A stretch of DNA of 64,000 nt from Opitutaceae bacterium (GTDB lineage Bacteria > Verrucomicrobiota > Verrucomicrobiia > Opitutales > Opitutaceae): the NCBI GenBank assembly GCA_028688225.1, contig JAQTYQ010000001.1, forward strand, positions 115,664 through 179,663, in the 5' to 3' direction. Below are positions 62,855 to 64,000 of this stretch, piece by piece (the stretch's first letter is position 1; every line of letters begins with the position of its first letter). The notes under the pieces are model-generated. The model had not been told where the DNA came from. It was given only the letters and a program-made list of their open reading frames with translations, and searched no databases. The translations under genes and the position numbers were made by a program.

Positions 62855-63178
62855 TCACCCTTTCAATCGGCGGCGGATAGCGCGCAGGAACCGGGGCTTG
62901 GTCAGTTTTCGCCACGCCCGGGCCAGTTCCGCCTCGAGGGTTTCGCGGCGCCGTTCCAGCCGCCCGACCAGCGGCCGGGGCGGCGATGGTCCCTCACTCC
63001 GGATGCGTGCCTGCGCCAGGTCCACGTCGCGGAGGCGGCCGAGCGCCTCCTCGGGTTTGATTCCCTCCCCCTCCTCGCCGTAATAGCGGCTGATGAATCG
63101 CACCTTGTCCAGGAGTCGCTCCGAGGGATAAAGAGGCCAAATAGAAAAGCGCGTCTTTCTGGCGGACTTGTGTAGCAA
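62855..63178 (-). CDS. Hypothetical basic protein (107 aa)
   Basis: This is the most protein-like of three overlapping ORFs. It is Arg/Glu-rich and helical in character. No family recognised. Confidence 0.35.
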   Translation of the reverse strand: MLHKSARKTRFSIWPLYPSERLLDKVRFISRYYGEEGEGIKPEEALGRLRDVDLAQARIRSEGPSPPRPLVGRLERRRETLEAELARAWRKLTKPRFLRAIRRRLKG

Positions 63179-63403
63179 TCATGGCAGGATCCTCGTTTGC
63201 ACCTCGTTTATTTGTGACCTCCCTTCCCGGGGAAGTATTCTATAAAACCCCTGCGGCGCGGACAAGTTACGCTCAGGGAGAATCATCACCGCACCGGACA
63301 AAAGACGGACGGAGGCTCAGCTTCGTTTGCCGCGGCGGTGAGGGGATGCAGTCCCTGGTTTGAGCGGCTCGGGAGAGTTGGTGGACCCGAAGCCCGGCCG
63401 ACT

Positions 63404-64000
63404 CTAGAGCTGGATCTTCCAAGTGTTCAGACCTTTTTGCAAAGTGAAGGTGGCCGTTTTGGCGGTCATGCCGGCCTGCACCACCACCTCGTAGTCTCCG
63501 CGGAAACCATCAAACCGGCAGACGCCGTCGGCATCGGTCGTCAGGGACAAGCGGGTCCACCAAGACTCCTTGATTAACTGCCGCAGCCGCTCGTAGGCGG
63601 ATTTGGGCGACAAGTCCGCGCGCACCAACCCGCTGGGAGCCCCCTGCCAGTTGCCGTCGGCGAGATCCCACCAGGTGATCGCCTCGACCGCGGGATGGGA
63701 AAAAAGCAGGGTGTACAGCTGCGCGACGTATGCGGCCTGTCGCTGTTCGCCCTCCGGCGTCGACGGCCAGGGCAGAGGCCTCTCCCAACCATGCTCGCCC
63801 GAGAGCACGGTGACTTCCGTGAAATGCAGGGGCTTGCCGTACTTGGCGTAGGTCTCACAGGTCTCCCAGACTTTCTCCAGCGTCCATTCCTCCAAGTGCA
63901 TATGGGCCTGAATGCCGATCACATCGAACGGCGCGTGGTCCCGCACCAACCGAGCAACCAGCGCTTCATGCTCCGGGCCCAGGTTGTAATCATTGTAAAC
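63404..64000 (-). CDS. Glycoside hydrolase family 10 (endo-1,4-beta-xylanase), C-terminal part plus beta-sandwich tail (5' end beyond the window)
   Basis: The reading frame is open to the window edge (VYNDYNLGPEHEALVARLVRDH...). GIQAHMH and PLHFTEVTV (nucleophile Glu context) are GH10 motifs. Confidence 0.85.
   Translation of the reverse strand, partial: VYNDYNLGPEHEALVARLVRDHAPFDVIGIQAHMHLEEWTLEKVWETCETYAKYGKPLHFTEVTVLSGEHGWERPLPWPSTPEGEQRQAAYVAQLYTLLFSHPAVEAITWWDLADGNWQGAPSGLVRADLSPKSAYERLRQLIKESWWTRLSLTTDADGVCRFDGFRGDYEVVVQAGMTAKTATFTLQKGLNTWKIQL

Overview
This is a high-GC bacterial chromosomal window. My hand counts of single 60-nt lines give about 60-75% GC in core genes. The gene content (LpxC-FabZ fusion, MurC-MurB fusion, many signal-peptide glycoside hydrolases, TSP3-repeat exoproteins) suggests a PVC-group or Verrucomicrobiota-like organism, but that is inference only.

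Layout:
- 1-539: 5' part of obg, on the minus strand. It is absent from the ORF track.
- ~740-2900: a low-GC islet with three small orphan envelope proteins and repeats.
- 3032-21908: a complete minus-strand dcw cluster, mraZ-rsmH-ftsL-ftsI-murE-murF-mraY-murD-[3xLysM protein]-ftsW-murG-murC::murB-ftsQ-ftsA-ftsZ. A promoter with MraZ-box-like repeats lies upstream.
- 22032-23520: a fic gene bracketed by 26-bp imperfect inverted repeats and iterated GTCGGCATGAG motifs.
- 23653-25335: an MFS transporter and a small membrane protein.
- 25787-31014: a mannan-type locus (GH26, GH2 beta-mannosidase, GmhA-like SIS protein, ROK kinase).
- 31320-33062: an FGE-sulfatase-domain fusion protein.
- 33237-40431: a tight four-gene operon of signal-peptide proteins. 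Its 3' part (a DUF900-like hydrolase domain plus the downstream gene) drops to about 45-53% GC.
- 40800-64000: housekeeping and envelope genes. These are an S9 peptidase, a TPR protein, DUF971, hisI, lpxA, lpxC-fabZ, efp, a hybrid histidine kinase, a CDGSH protein, rlmI, a divergent thymidine-phosphorylase homolog, argS, YihY, a lytic transglycosylase, an orphan kinase, an SdpI-like protein and a partial GH10.

I saw no rRNA, tRNA or CRISPR array. Many long ORFs in the track are antisense shadow ORFs, which are typical of high-GC DNA. All family calls rest on motif recognition by eye, not on database searches.
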